Source of the DNA: a virus
Taxonomy: Duplodnaviria > Heunggongvirae > Uroviricota > Caudoviricetes
DNA length: 16,265 nucleotides
Direction: 5' to 3' (one strand)
Virus record (IMG/VR): IMGVR_UViG_2654587568_000017
The notes beneath the pieces were generated by a model that worked only from the letters and a program-made list of their open reading frames with translations, was not told where the DNA came from and ran no database searches. This document shows positions 1-7,520 of the stretch, in pieces; positions within the stretch are counted from its first letter, which is position 1, and each line of letters begins with the position of its first letter. Position numbers and translations under genes: made by a program.

Positions 1-74
1 TCCGTAACGCCTCTGCCACGCGCGTAACGTGACAGGGATTAAGGGTAAACTAATTGATTTTGCAAGTTTTTATT

Positions 75-1361
75 TTACCCAGCTTTCTTATGGGGCATAC
101 ATGGGACACTTTCAGATAGTCTTTTGTTAAGGAGTTCTATCTGTTCGTGATTGTTGTCTTTCATCCATGCTCCGTAAACATTGAATACCATTTGTGCGTT
201 TGTGTGGCCCATCTGGCTTGCGATAAAACTAGGATTAGCTCCAGCGGCAAGTGACCAGCATGCATAAGTATGCCTGGATTGGTACGATTTTCTGTGTCTC
301 AGACCTGCGCGTTTTAAGATACTTGTCCATGACTCCCTGATGGAGTCAACCTTATAGTGCGGTCCGGAAAACTGCCGCTGTTTTATTACCTGAGGACTAA
401 AAACAAAAGTGCATTTATGCACAGTACTTCTCCCATATTCCCTCTGCTTTACCTCTACAGAATGTTGCTTTCCAAGCATGGTCATTTCCGCCTGACTTTT
501 AAGAGCATCAATAGCTGGTTGAACCAGATGAATTGTCCTTCCGGTGCCAGCATCGGTTTTTGGTGGAGTGAATTCGCCAAGTTTTGTATAATTCCTACGG
601 ATGGTTATAGTCCTTGCTTTAAGATCTATATCTTCCCATGCCAGCGATACCAGCTCCCCGTGACGAATACCCGTGTATACAGCGAGAATCCACAGGTTTT
701 TTGTTTGTTGATGACGGCAAGCTTCAATAAAACGAATAAATTCGTCACGGGTGAGAGGATCTGGTTTTACCTTGGACTTTTTTAAGGGTGCCAGACCGTT
801 AAATGGGTTTCCTGAGGTATAACCATTATCTGTTGCAAATTGAAACATTCCAGCTATGGTTGTCATATAGTAGTTTACTGTGACCACTGAGCGCCCTTTT
901 ATGGAAGAAATCTTTCCATTAGAAAGCTTTTGGTAACCGGTCAACAAATCTCTCCTTGCGAAAAGTAAATCCTCTTTTGTTATGGATGAAACCAGTTTTT
1001 TCTCACCCAACATAGGCAACATGTTTTTAATTACTGACTGGTAACGATTAAGTGCATTCGCACAAATCTCAATTTTCTTAAGGTCCAACCATTTTTCCGA
1101 AAGTGCCTTAACGGTTATCTCTCTTTTTCCCAGACCAAAGTGTTTCAGGTTAGGGGAATTAGGGAACTGCGCGGCGTAGTCGAAACTCCCCATTCTGATT
1201 GCAAAACAAACGGAAGTGCGAAGTTCACCAGCGATCTTCCGGTTTTTGGCTGTGTCAGGAACACCGAGGTTTTCTCTGACACGTTTGCCATTATAGTGAA
1301 ACCATATACGGAGTGATCCTCCATGGTTTTCAACGCCTGTCGGGTATGATGCGTTACTCAT
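75..1361 (-). CDS. int: Tyrosine-type site-specific recombinase (phage integrase)
   Basis: 428-aa ORF with ATG at 1361-1359 and GGGAGG 5 nt upstream. C-terminal region carries tyrosine-recombinase catalytic residues (R in TGIRHGEL, H/R in SRHTYACW, Tyr in VYGAW). Sits at the prophage end next to an excisionase-like gene. Confidence 0.9.
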   Translation of the reverse strand: MSNASYPTGVENHGGSLRIWFHYNGKRVRENLGVPDTAKNRKIAGELRTSVCFAIRMGSFDYAAQFPNSPNLKHFGLGKREITVKALSEKWLDLKKIEICANALNRYQSVIKNMLPMLGEKKLVSSITKEDLLFARRDLLTGYQKLSNGKISSIKGRSVVTVNYYMTTIAGMFQFATDNGYTSGNPFNGLAPLKKSKVKPDPLTRDEFIRFIEACRHQQTKNLWILAVYTGIRHGELVSLAWEDIDLKARTITIRRNYTKLGEFTPPKTDAGTGRTIHLVQPAIDALKSQAEMTMLGKQHSVEVKQREYGRSTVHKCTFVFSPQVIKQRQFSGPHYKVDSIRESWTSILKRAGLRHRKSYQSRHTYACWSLAAGANPSFIASQMGHTNAQMVFNVYGAWMKDNNHEQIELLNKRLSESVPCMPHKKAG

Positions 1362-1394
1362 TAAACCTCCCAGACGTCCAGGAGCATTAACAGG

Positions 1395-1649
1395 TTAACC
1401 GGAACTTGCATTTTTGGCACCTGGTTGTTTCTGGTTTTCGATCCATCGCATAATTTCTTCGATGTTGTACAGGCATTCACTGTAGTGCCCCGGATCACCT
1501 TCTACAGCGTAATGGCGGTATTCTTTTCCCTGCATCCATGACTTTCTTCTTGCCCGCTCAATGGTGCCAGGCTTTAGCCCTGTTGATGCAATGAGGACTC
1601 TCTCCGTACACCATTTGCTGGGGGTTATCTGATAGATGATTGTCTGCAT
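1395..1649 (-). CDS. xis: Excisionase-like small DNA-binding protein
   Basis: 84-aa ORF directly upstream of int on the same strand; ATG at 1649 with GAGGT SD. Basic, small, typical position for Xis; family assigned from memory, not searched. Confidence 0.6.
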   Translation of the reverse strand: MQTIIYQITPSKWCTERVLIASTGLKPGTIERARRKSWMQGKEYRHYAVEGDPGHYSECLYNIEEIMRWIENQKQPGAKNASSG

Positions 1650-1667
1650 GCCAACCTCATAAAATTT

Positions 1668-1802
1668 TCATCCACGGCAGTGGCACCACACTTCAAACAT
1701 TCGCTTCACAACTTCACGACAGTAGAAGCCGTCAACATCTCGCGTCAGGTCATAGCGATTGCCGTAACGCTGGTGGACCCATCGTTCAAATGCTTTATTC
1801 AT
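1668..1802 (-). CDS. Hypothetical small protein (44 aa, Cys/His-rich C-terminus)
   Basis: Below the ORF-track length cutoff; hand-translated as MNKAFERWVHQRYGNRYDLTRDVDGFYCREVVKRMFEVWCHCRG. ATG at 1802-1800 with AAGGAAG SD 7 nt upstream, three nt after the upstream gene's TAA; stop TGA at 1670-1668. Confidence 0.3.
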   Translation of the reverse strand: MNKAFERWVHQRYGNRYDLTRDVDGFYCREVVKRMFEVWCHCRG

Positions 1803-1805
1803 TCT

Positions 1806-2048
1806 TTACTTCCTTTTTATGGCTCGTAATTTTTTCAGGTGCTTTTCCTGCTCAGTGTCCGCGAGAATTTTGCGGTACTCCTGGTGGTCAATATGTTCGA
1901 ACAGGCAGTTTAACTCACCAATGCGTACCCGCCCGGATCGTCCGTCCATCCGTCGAAAGAACACTGAGTGCTCAGTGATGCGAGTAATCACCACGGGGTA
2001 TCCAGCTCTGTCCGTGTATATCTGACCGCGTTGAATCAAAGCGAACAT
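1806..2048 (-). CDS. Hypothetical phage protein (80 aa)
   Basis: ORF-track entry 1806..2084 begins with TTG; first ATG with an SD-like GGGGA is at 2048-2046. Sequence YTDRAGYPVVITRITEHSVFFRR resembles short prophage proteins of unknown function; recalled, not verified. Confidence 0.45.
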   Translation of the reverse strand: MFALIQRGQIYTDRAGYPVVITRITEHSVFFRRMDGRSGRVRIGELNCLFEHIDHQEYRKILADTEQEKHLKKLRAIKRK

Positions 2049-2132
2049 GTGGTTATCCCCATCGACAAATCGAGAACACAACAAACGCTGCTGCGAATAC
2101 CACCCCCAGAGTTACGATTGCATCAGGCCAGC

Positions 2133-2891
2133 TCATTGATTCACCTCCTGCCTGTCGTCCGGCATTCGCTCACTACAGCTTATCCAACCATCCGGAGTTA
2201 CCGGAGAGTTGCCCGATAGTGCATTCTGCTCCAGTGATGCTTTTACAAACCACGCTGCCTGAACTATAACGCCATGAATCCAGCGCAAATCAGCATCGCG
2301 ATCTTTCTTTTTCATCTTTTCGCCACTTAAGGCCTTGCTTATGTGGCTGCGTACCAGGTCTTCATGTAATTCCTTCGCCTCCTCAATGGTGAAACCACCA
2401 GGCAGAAGAGCCGGAGTTACCGGAGAGCTGGTTGACGCTTCCGGGATTTCCCGAAAATTATTGGTTGACGAATTCTTGCTTTCCCGAAAGTTTCCGGACT
2501 GAAGCATGGCGGTGCGGCAGGCGTTCCATATTTCGGCAGCAATATCGCGCTCGCTATCGGTTAATTTGTACGTGGAAACATAGCCAGAGAGCATTTCTAC
2601 GTTTTCCGGAGTTGCTTCTTCCGGCACTACCGGCGCTGGCGGGGCGGCAAATAGATATCCGCCAAAGTCAGGAAGCTCTCCAATGGCCTGTACGAACTTT
2701 TGTTTGCCTACGTCAACTCCTAATGGGTAATGAGCTATAATCTTTGCCACCGGCTCTGCTTCCAGCGATACCAGTGCAATTCGTGCCAGTTCTTCCGCTT
2801 CTTCTGCTGGCAGTACAACGTTGCTACCCGGTCCGTATGTTTCGCGCCACTGCTTGATTGTCAGCAGTCGCCCTTTGGTAATAGTGATCAT
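2133..2891 (-). CDS. Hypothetical phage protein (252 aa) with internal SPVTP repeat
   Basis: ATG at 2891-2889 overlaps the upstream stop (ATGA). Contains a perfect 17-bp direct repeat (2192-2208 and 2411-2427) encoding a duplicated SPVTP motif. C-terminus VTPDGWISCSERMPDD is reminiscent of a short conserved prophage C-terminal domain; unverified. Confidence 0.6.
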   Translation of the reverse strand: MITITKGRLLTIKQWRETYGPGSNVVLPAEEAEELARIALVSLEAEPVAKIIAHYPLGVDVGKQKFVQAIGELPDFGGYLFAAPPAPVVPEEATPENVEMLSGYVSTYKLTDSERDIAAEIWNACRTAMLQSGNFRESKNSSTNNFREIPEASTSSPVTPALLPGGFTIEEAKELHEDLVRSHISKALSGEKMKKKDRDADLRWIHGVIVQAAWFVKASLEQNALSGNSPVTPDGWISCSERMPDDRQEVNQ

Positions 2892-3403
2892 GCCGCGTTT
2901 CCTTCTTTCTTATTAACAATCACACCGTCATATATTTCATTAAGGTGCCCTCTCAACTCCATGCGCCTTAATGCAGATAACATGTAATCGCATTCAACCT
3001 GCTTATTCCCAGTAAATGGCTTATCGTCAGGATTACCCCAACAGCAATTACCCCTGGGCCATCCATGTACTTTCCGTACTCTTCCGTTAACAACGTGAAG
3101 TAATCCCCAGCCGGGAGGTAAATCCTCAACTGAAATAATTTCCGGCTCACTAATAAAGAATCGCCAGTCGCCCATGCCAAGTGAGGGATTTTTACGGAAA
3201 CGCTTTTTTCTATCTGCCAACAAGTCAGCACGAGAACACTTCGCCTCTATCAGGCATGATGCTGAATTTCTGAATCCCATAGCATCTGGCTGTTCTCCGG
3301 TACTGGTTACAGCAACAAAGCGGTCATGAAAGCAAACCTTGAACCCGTTGCGCTTAAGGAACTTGTACGCAATCTGACAGAGTTCGTGGTGTGTTAACGC
3401 CAT
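2888..3403 (-). CDS. Putative PD-(D/E)xK-fold nuclease-like protein (171 aa)
   Basis: ORF-track 2888..3436 starts with TTG; ATG at 3403-3401 has AAGGAGA 6 nt upstream and sits 1 nt after the Ea22-like stop. Motif GEQPD ... CLIEAK matches the PD...(D/E)xK signature; fold assignment is inference. Confidence 0.55.
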   Translation of the reverse strand: MALTHHELCQIAYKFLKRNGFKVCFHDRFVAVTSTGEQPDAMGFRNSASCLIEAKCSRADLLADRKKRFRKNPSLGMGDWRFFISEPEIISVEDLPPGWGLLHVVNGRVRKVHGWPRGNCCWGNPDDKPFTGNKQVECDYMLSALRRMELRGHLNEIYDGVIVNKKEGNAA

Positions 3404-3404
3404 A

Positions 3405-3890
3405 TCACTCTCCTTTGATGCGAATGCCTGTTGCAATGCTGTTTATGATGCTGTCAGTGCATGGGGTAGAAAGCTGGGCATCTCCAGCAATTTTCATGAC
3501 CTCAACATCTGCATATCGAATACCGAGGTGTATCAGACCGGCTATGCCTGACTTAAGCCGAGCATTTTCCATAAATAGAACTTTTGCCCGCTGTTTTTCT
3601 GCTTCAAGCTCAACGCGCAGCTTCCCTACCGTTAGCGCAATATCCTCGTTCTCCTGATCGCGGCTTTTGATGTATTGCAGGTTTCTTTCCCGTTCATCCA
3701 GCAGTGCCAGCACGGTTTCTGGTCCGGTCAGAAATTTGAAGGCGTTGAGCGCATCAATATCCACACCGTAATCTTTAAGTTCCTGTTCACTTAACAAGTC
3801 ATCATCAGCTGGCAACATTAACAGGCGTTCCATTGCTGGAATTGCACGTTCCGCCACCTCACGCAGTGCCTGGTAATTAATTTCGCTCAC
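3405..3890 (-). CDS. ea22: Ea22-like phage protein (161 aa)
   Basis: GTG start at 3890-3888 with AAGGAGG SD. N-terminus SEINYQALREVAE and C-terminal LLDERERNLQYIKSRDQENEDIALTVGKLRVELE ... GIRIKGE match my recollection of lambda Ea22-family proteins. Confidence 0.7.
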   Translation of the reverse strand: MSEINYQALREVAERAIPAMERLLMLPADDDLLSEQELKDYGVDIDALNAFKFLTGPETVLALLDERERNLQYIKSRDQENEDIALTVGKLRVELEAEKQRAKVLFMENARLKSGIAGLIHLGIRYADVEVMKIAGDAQLSTPCTDSIINSIATGIRIKGE

Positions 3891-4393
3891 TGGTTGCCTC
3901 CTTTGCGAAGCTGGGCAGCAAAGTCAACTAACCACTCAGTCATTTCAACCTTCCCTACCAGGTCTGAACCAGGGTACATACAGCAATCACTCTGCGCCGC
4001 TTTGAAATCCTTATACTCATATTCTTGGGCCACCAGATTTTTTGCAGCTTCTATAGCAGCATCCACCCCCTGCGCCCGGACTTCAGCCAGGAAAGCATCA
4101 GTGGTTGGCGTTTCAGGTATCTGTCTCCTCATCCGTTCTATTGCATGATTGAACCCGAAGTCTTCCGCGAGAGATACGTCATCCATATTGTCATTGTCAT
4201 CTTCAATATCCCGTGATTCTGGAATTGCAGACTTTATTCCCGCATTCTCCGCTGCCAGCGCCGCGCACTTGGCCTCAAGAGCGGCAACCACTTCCTGATG
4301 GTCTTTGTACTTAACGTATGAGCCGGAGATGTCATCACCTTCGGTGTTTAGCCATGCGTCATTGCAATTCACTGCGTAGGTTCTGATGCTCAT
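3887..4393 (-). CDS. Hypothetical acidic protein (168 aa)
   Basis: ORF-track 3887..4450 starts at TTG; ATG at 4393-4391 with GGGAGAG SD, ATGA overlap with the upstream small ORF and GTGA overlap with the Ea22-like gene. Asp/Glu-rich (DIEDDNDNMDD). Confidence 0.5.
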   Translation of the reverse strand: MSIRTYAVNCNDAWLNTEGDDISGSYVKYKDHQEVVAALEAKCAALAAENAGIKSAIPESRDIEDDNDNMDDVSLAEDFGFNHAIERMRRQIPETPTTDAFLAEVRAQGVDAAIEAAKNLVAQEYEYKDFKAAQSDCCMYPGSDLVGKVEMTEWLVDFAAQLRKGGNQ

Positions 4394-4575
4394 GTTGATG
4401 CTCTCCCGCCCCTGACAGACGCCAGGCCAGTCAATAAAGTATCCGCACAATGCCTACCCTCAGACGTGCGCGCAGGATAAATGCCGTTATGACCCGGCAA
4501 AATATATGCTACCCATTCATCTTGCGTTGCCTGTTCCGCCGCCTCGCGCAGTGCCTGATAGTCAATCTTGCTCAC
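4390..4575 (-). CDS. Short ORF carrying an Ea22-type N-terminal module (61 aa); possible recombination remnant
   Basis: GTG start with AAGGAGG SD. The 45 bp around this start (4541-4585) is a near-copy of the Ea22-like start region (3861-3905). Protein begins SKIDYQALREAAEQATQDEW then becomes low-complexity. Confidence 0.3.
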   Translation of the reverse strand: MSKIDYQALREAAEQATQDEWVAYILPGHNGIYPARTSEGRHCADTLLTGLASVRGGRAST

Positions 4576-4876
4576 TGGCAGCCTCCTTTGCCGGGATTTC
4601 TAACTTTTGAGTGGTTGTATCAAATTCAAACAACTTAACCACGTCATCAAACAGGACATAATCACCATCAGGATTTTCAGTCATATCTGCGCCACAATCC
4701 TGACCGCACGAGTCGCAACCATCCATATCAAGCTCGTATCGCTTCAGGTTTGCGATATTTGATAAATTCAGCGCCAGTACAGCCAGGTCATAAACCTCTT
4801 CGGCAGTGACATCGCTGTTCAGTCCCATTTCATGGCGATATATGATTTTTTCTACTCGTTGTTTTGTGATCGTCAT
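4562..4876 (-). CDS. Hypothetical protein (104 aa)
   Basis: ORF-track start 4900 is TTG; ATG at 4876-4874 has GGAGTG upstream. An alternative ATG at 4828 lies 1 nt after the upstream gene's stop. Acidic, with CDSCGQDC motif. Confidence 0.45.
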   Translation of the reverse strand: MTITKQRVEKIIYRHEMGLNSDVTAEEVYDLAVLALNLSNIANLKRYELDMDGCDSCGQDCGADMTENPDGDYVLFDDVVKLFEFDTTTQKLEIPAKEAASEQD

Positions 4877-5147
4877 TTTTCTCTTCACTCCGATATACAA
4901 GGATTACTACACCCCCTCTGCTGATTGCGCGAGCTGGATCCCCTGGTTCCATGCCGTCAATTCCGAAGGCTTCGGAAAACGCATTCATTGCCTTCTGGCG
5001 TTCATCCTGCTTACGGCGTTTATTCCATTTTTTCAGGAACAACAGCGACAGCCACCGTCCGCTGCAGAACACGATGTAAAAATAACCAAGGAGCGCCAGG
5101 CCGACATTCAGGGCCGTTTCTATGGTTAGTTGTGAGTCAGTTGCCAT
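4830..5147 (-). CDS. Small putative membrane protein (105 aa)
   Basis: ATG at 5147 with AGGT-type SD. One strongly hydrophobic segment (LNVGLALLGYFYIVFCSGRWLSLLFL) followed by a basic stretch KKWNKRRKQ, consistent with an N-in single-pass topology. Overlaps the next gene by up to 47 nt. Confidence 0.45.
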   Translation of the reverse strand: MATDSQLTIETALNVGLALLGYFYIVFCSGRWLSLLFLKKWNKRRKQDERQKAMNAFSEAFGIDGMEPGDPARAISRGGVVILVYRSEEKNDDHKTTSRKNHISP

Positions 5148-5385
5148 TTCTTACCTGTTTAAGTAACTGGTTGAACATAACACTTAGGGGATTGCTGTAT
5201 CCAAACGGCAGATTGTTTACGCAGTACAGAATCATTTTGTTTTTTTCTCCAGTTCGTACTATTAACCCATTCCACAATAACCGTGATAATTCATTACTGA
5301 TAGAAGTTGCGCTTCTTCCAAGTGCGAGGGATATATCTTCTCTACTGCAATCTGGATTTTCCTGGATATACTCGATAACGGTCAT
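5137..5385 (-). CDS. Small winged-helix-like DNA-binding protein (82 aa)
   Basis: ORF-track start 5427 overlaps the upstream gene by 32 nt; ATG at 5385 has AAAGGGA SD and follows the upstream TAA. EDISLALGRSATSISNELSRLLWNGLIV looks like an HTH/winged-helix recognition unit. Confidence 0.45.
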   Translation of the reverse strand: MTVIEYIQENPDCSREDISLALGRSATSISNELSRLLWNGLIVRTGEKNKMILYCVNNLPFGYSNPLSVMFNQLLKQVRNGN

Positions 5386-5395
5386 GTGGTCCCTT

Positions 5396-5977
5396 TTACT
5401 TAATATCTGTTTCGGATTGCATGCCATGAGTATTCATTTCGTTAATAATTTCATCCAGAAGGATTTCAAGCCCTTCTCGACCCATATCTGAAAGAATGAA
5501 ACCTTTATCAGGGGAAGTAGTGAGCATTTTCTGATAAAGAAACAGCGCTCTTCCCATTCCTTCAGCTTCGCCGTATTTTTGAATTAAATTCCATTCAATA
5601 TACTGTTGTAAGGCAAATCGAATGGGGCCGGGATATATCGTCATAAACCCATACATCCCGTTATATACCACGGCGTGTTCAGTTGTTCCGTGTTCATTCA
5701 GGATATCAATTGTGCCGTTCTTGTCTTCTTCTTCGTTGATGAATGTCGTCACATACAACCATCGCCACTGAGCAACCTTCATCTCAACCGGAAGTTTACC
5801 CAGTAATCCTGCTTCGTCGGCTTGCGCCAGACACTGAAGGATACGTAAACCTCGCACATTAGGAGTATCGAATTCTCCGGCATCCAGACGACGTATGGCG
5901 TCGTGATAATCAATCGTCATACTGCCAGTTCGTATACCATTGGCTGTTGCTTCAGCCTGGAATTCATCGTATTGCAT
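5396..5977 (-). CDS. Hypothetical protein (193 aa)
   Basis: ATG at 5977 with GAGGAA SD placed inside the end of the upstream gene; no recognisable motif. Confidence 0.6.
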   Translation of the reverse strand: MQYDEFQAEATANGIRTGSMTIDYHDAIRRLDAGEFDTPNVRGLRILQCLAQADEAGLLGKLPVEMKVAQWRWLYVTTFINEEEDKNGTIDILNEHGTTEHAVVYNGMYGFMTIYPGPIRFALQQYIEWNLIQKYGEAEGMGRALFLYQKMLTTSPDKGFILSDMGREGLEILLDEIINEMNTHGMQSETDIK

Positions 5978-5982
5978 GATAT

Positions 5983-6171
5983 TTATTCCTCATCTTCATC
6001 TTCATCTGCTGGTGCAATAACGTCATATCCTGCCTTTTCTGCAATAAACAGGAATGTTGAAAGAGTTCCTACAAGTTCATCGTCATGAACATGGAGAATG
6101 AATATTACTTTCCCGTTTTTGATGGTCAGCAATATTCTGGTTTGTTCGTGTTCTGCTGTTTTCTGATGCAT
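5983..6171 (-). CDS. Small protein with poly-acidic C-terminal tail (62 aa)
   Basis: ATG at 6171 with GGGAGA SD 6 nt upstream; C-terminus APADEDEDEE. Follows a 194-bp non-coding gap (6172-6365). Confidence 0.5.
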   Translation of the reverse strand: MHQKTAEHEQTRILLTIKNGKVIFILHVHDDELVGTLSTFLFIAEKAGYDVIAPADEDEDEE

Positions 6172-6365
6172 TATTATCTCCCGTATGCTTTACGCAGAAA
6201 TAAGCAGGCAATATGCATGTAATTTTCACCGTATTGTGCAATAAGGCAGGCGGTCTTGTGTGATGCCATATTCTTTATAAAAGTCACAATAAAGCCTCCT
6301 GTGGATTAAGGTTGTAACAATCCCCGGCGATAAAACCGCAATAAACGTTCAGGGCATATTTGTTG

Positions 6366-6731
6366 TTATTGCGCTAATTCTTTTTCGGCAGCAGCTTTTG
6401 TATACTCACATGCAAAACTCAGAATTTCGCTGCCGAGTGTTTTCGTTTCGTGATTACTGGACATATGTAATACCTGTGTTGCATGCAATAAATGATAAAC
6501 ATTTACCGCAAATGAATCAGGCTCCAGACAAATGCCTTCGTAATTATCTTGCTGTGAGGTTGTTTCTGTCATTGCTCCTGAAGTGCATGCGAGCCTGTTT
6601 TTGACAATTCTCTTTTCTCTAATCACTATATCGGCAACATCCATTGCCTTTACAACCTCCGGGAGAAGTTCCGGGTTTGTATAATCAAAGTCATCAACAT
6701 GGAGAACAGTTATGTTTTCGAACTTTTTCAT
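6366..6731 (-). CDS. Hypothetical protein (121 aa), second gene of cI-proximal module
   Basis: ATG at 6731 with GAGGAAG SD; preceded by a 128-bp gap carrying an inverted repeat; its stop codon lies within a possible hairpin (6337-6373). Confidence 0.55.
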   Translation of the reverse strand: MKKFENITVLHVDDFDYTNPELLPEVVKAMDVADIVIREKRIVKNRLACTSGAMTETTSQQDNYEGICLEPDSFAVNVYHLLHATQVLHMSSNHETKTLGSEILSFACEYTKAAAEKELAQ

Positions 6732-6859
6732 GGCTTCCTCAGCTGACTTATATGTTCTGCTATATAGCGAGTCTCAGAAGTGTTTTCATATTGAGACTGT
6801 TTCCGCAATGATTGATAAAAATGTTCGCATGTACCTTGAAGGGCGAAGCGGCGATTATG

Positions 6860-7408
6860 TCACCATTGGTATTGGTTCTTCCGCAGAAGAGCTTCGCGAG
6901 ATAAGGGGCAAACTTGTTGAGATGCGTCATGGTGTTGCTGCTCCTCACTTTTTGGTTGCTCCGGAGGAGTAACCTCACCAGTTAACAGGCACATCGGATC
7001 GCAGCCAAGAATATTTGCCAGTGGGATAAGCATACTGATAGTTGGTTCATACTCTCCGCTCTCCCACTGGATGATAATTTCTTCATCGAGATCGAGCAGC
7101 CTGGCGAGTTCGGCGGTTGTTAAGCCGCAGGCTTCGCGTTGGGTGCGAAGGTTAACCAGCCAGCTTTCAGGGAAGGATTGTTTTTGTTGTGCAGGAGAAG
7201 CAGCAGATAGAGCATATTCATGGATAAATTCCATTACCTCAATGCCCAGTTCCTTTGAGCGAGCACAATCCAGAAGATGGAATGTGCGTACAGCACTTAG
7301 CAAATTTGCAATATTTAATGCAAAGGAATCAAGTTCTAAGCCCTTAAGCGTAACACAGCCGCAGTTGATAAAATTAGTTGTTTCTGGAGTTGCTTTTAGT
7401 GTCTTCAT
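6860..7408 (-). CDS. XRE-family HTH-domain protein with ~90-aa N-terminal domain of unknown function (182 aa)
   Basis: ORF-track start 7438 is TTG; ATG at 7408-7406 with GGCGGA upstream. Central segment LRTQREACGLTTAELARLLDLDEEIIIQWESGEYEPTISMLIPLANILGCDPMCLL is a Cro/C1-type HTH; N-terminal part unrecognised. Confidence 0.6.
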   Translation of the reverse strand: MKTLKATPETTNFINCGCVTLKGLELDSFALNIANLLSAVRTFHLLDCARSKELGIEVMEFIHEYALSAASPAQQKQSFPESWLVNLRTQREACGLTTAELARLLDLDEEIIIQWESGEYEPTISMLIPLANILGCDPMCLLTGEVTPPEQPKSEEQQHHDASQQVCPLSREALLRKNQYQW

Positions 7409-7461
7409 ATATCCGCCAACAATTTTAAATTGAATCAAATCAAGTTATAATTGATGGTGCG

Positions 7462-7490
7462 ATATTATGTTTTGGGAAACAGGCTGTCAA
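7462..7490 (-). promoter_or_regulatory. Putative sigma70 promoter (PL-like) reading leftward into 6860-7408
   Basis: On the minus strand: TTGACA (plus 7490-7485), 17-nt spacer, TAATAT (plus 7467-7462). The ACTTGATTT motif shared with the cI-cro region lies just downstream (plus 7436-7444). Confidence 0.45.
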
Positions 7491-7520
7491 GAAAAAATTG
7501 ATATCGTATATTTCAGGCAG

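Noticed and set aside
1-74. Possible attachment site or tRNA/tmRNA 3' end downstream of int
   Set aside because: No tRNA-like acceptor/T-arm sequence is recognisable in the 74 nt available, and only a short CGTAACG direct repeat (3-9, 24-30) is present. The att core cannot be defined without the other prophage junction.
357-785. 142-aa plus-strand ORF inside the integrase gene
   Set aside because: Antisense to the integrase CDS; no recognisable features.
1640-2219. Plus-strand ORFs (112 aa, 68 aa, 83 aa) between xis and the 252-aa gene
   Set aside because: Antisense to minus-strand genes that have proper RBS/start/stop coupling; no start signals of their own.
6712-6978. Plus-strand 86-aa ORF and minus-strand 72-aa ORF spanning the gap between the two module genes
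   Set aside because: They overlap the better-supported HTH gene and the promoter/operator-like gap; neither has a convincing start signal.
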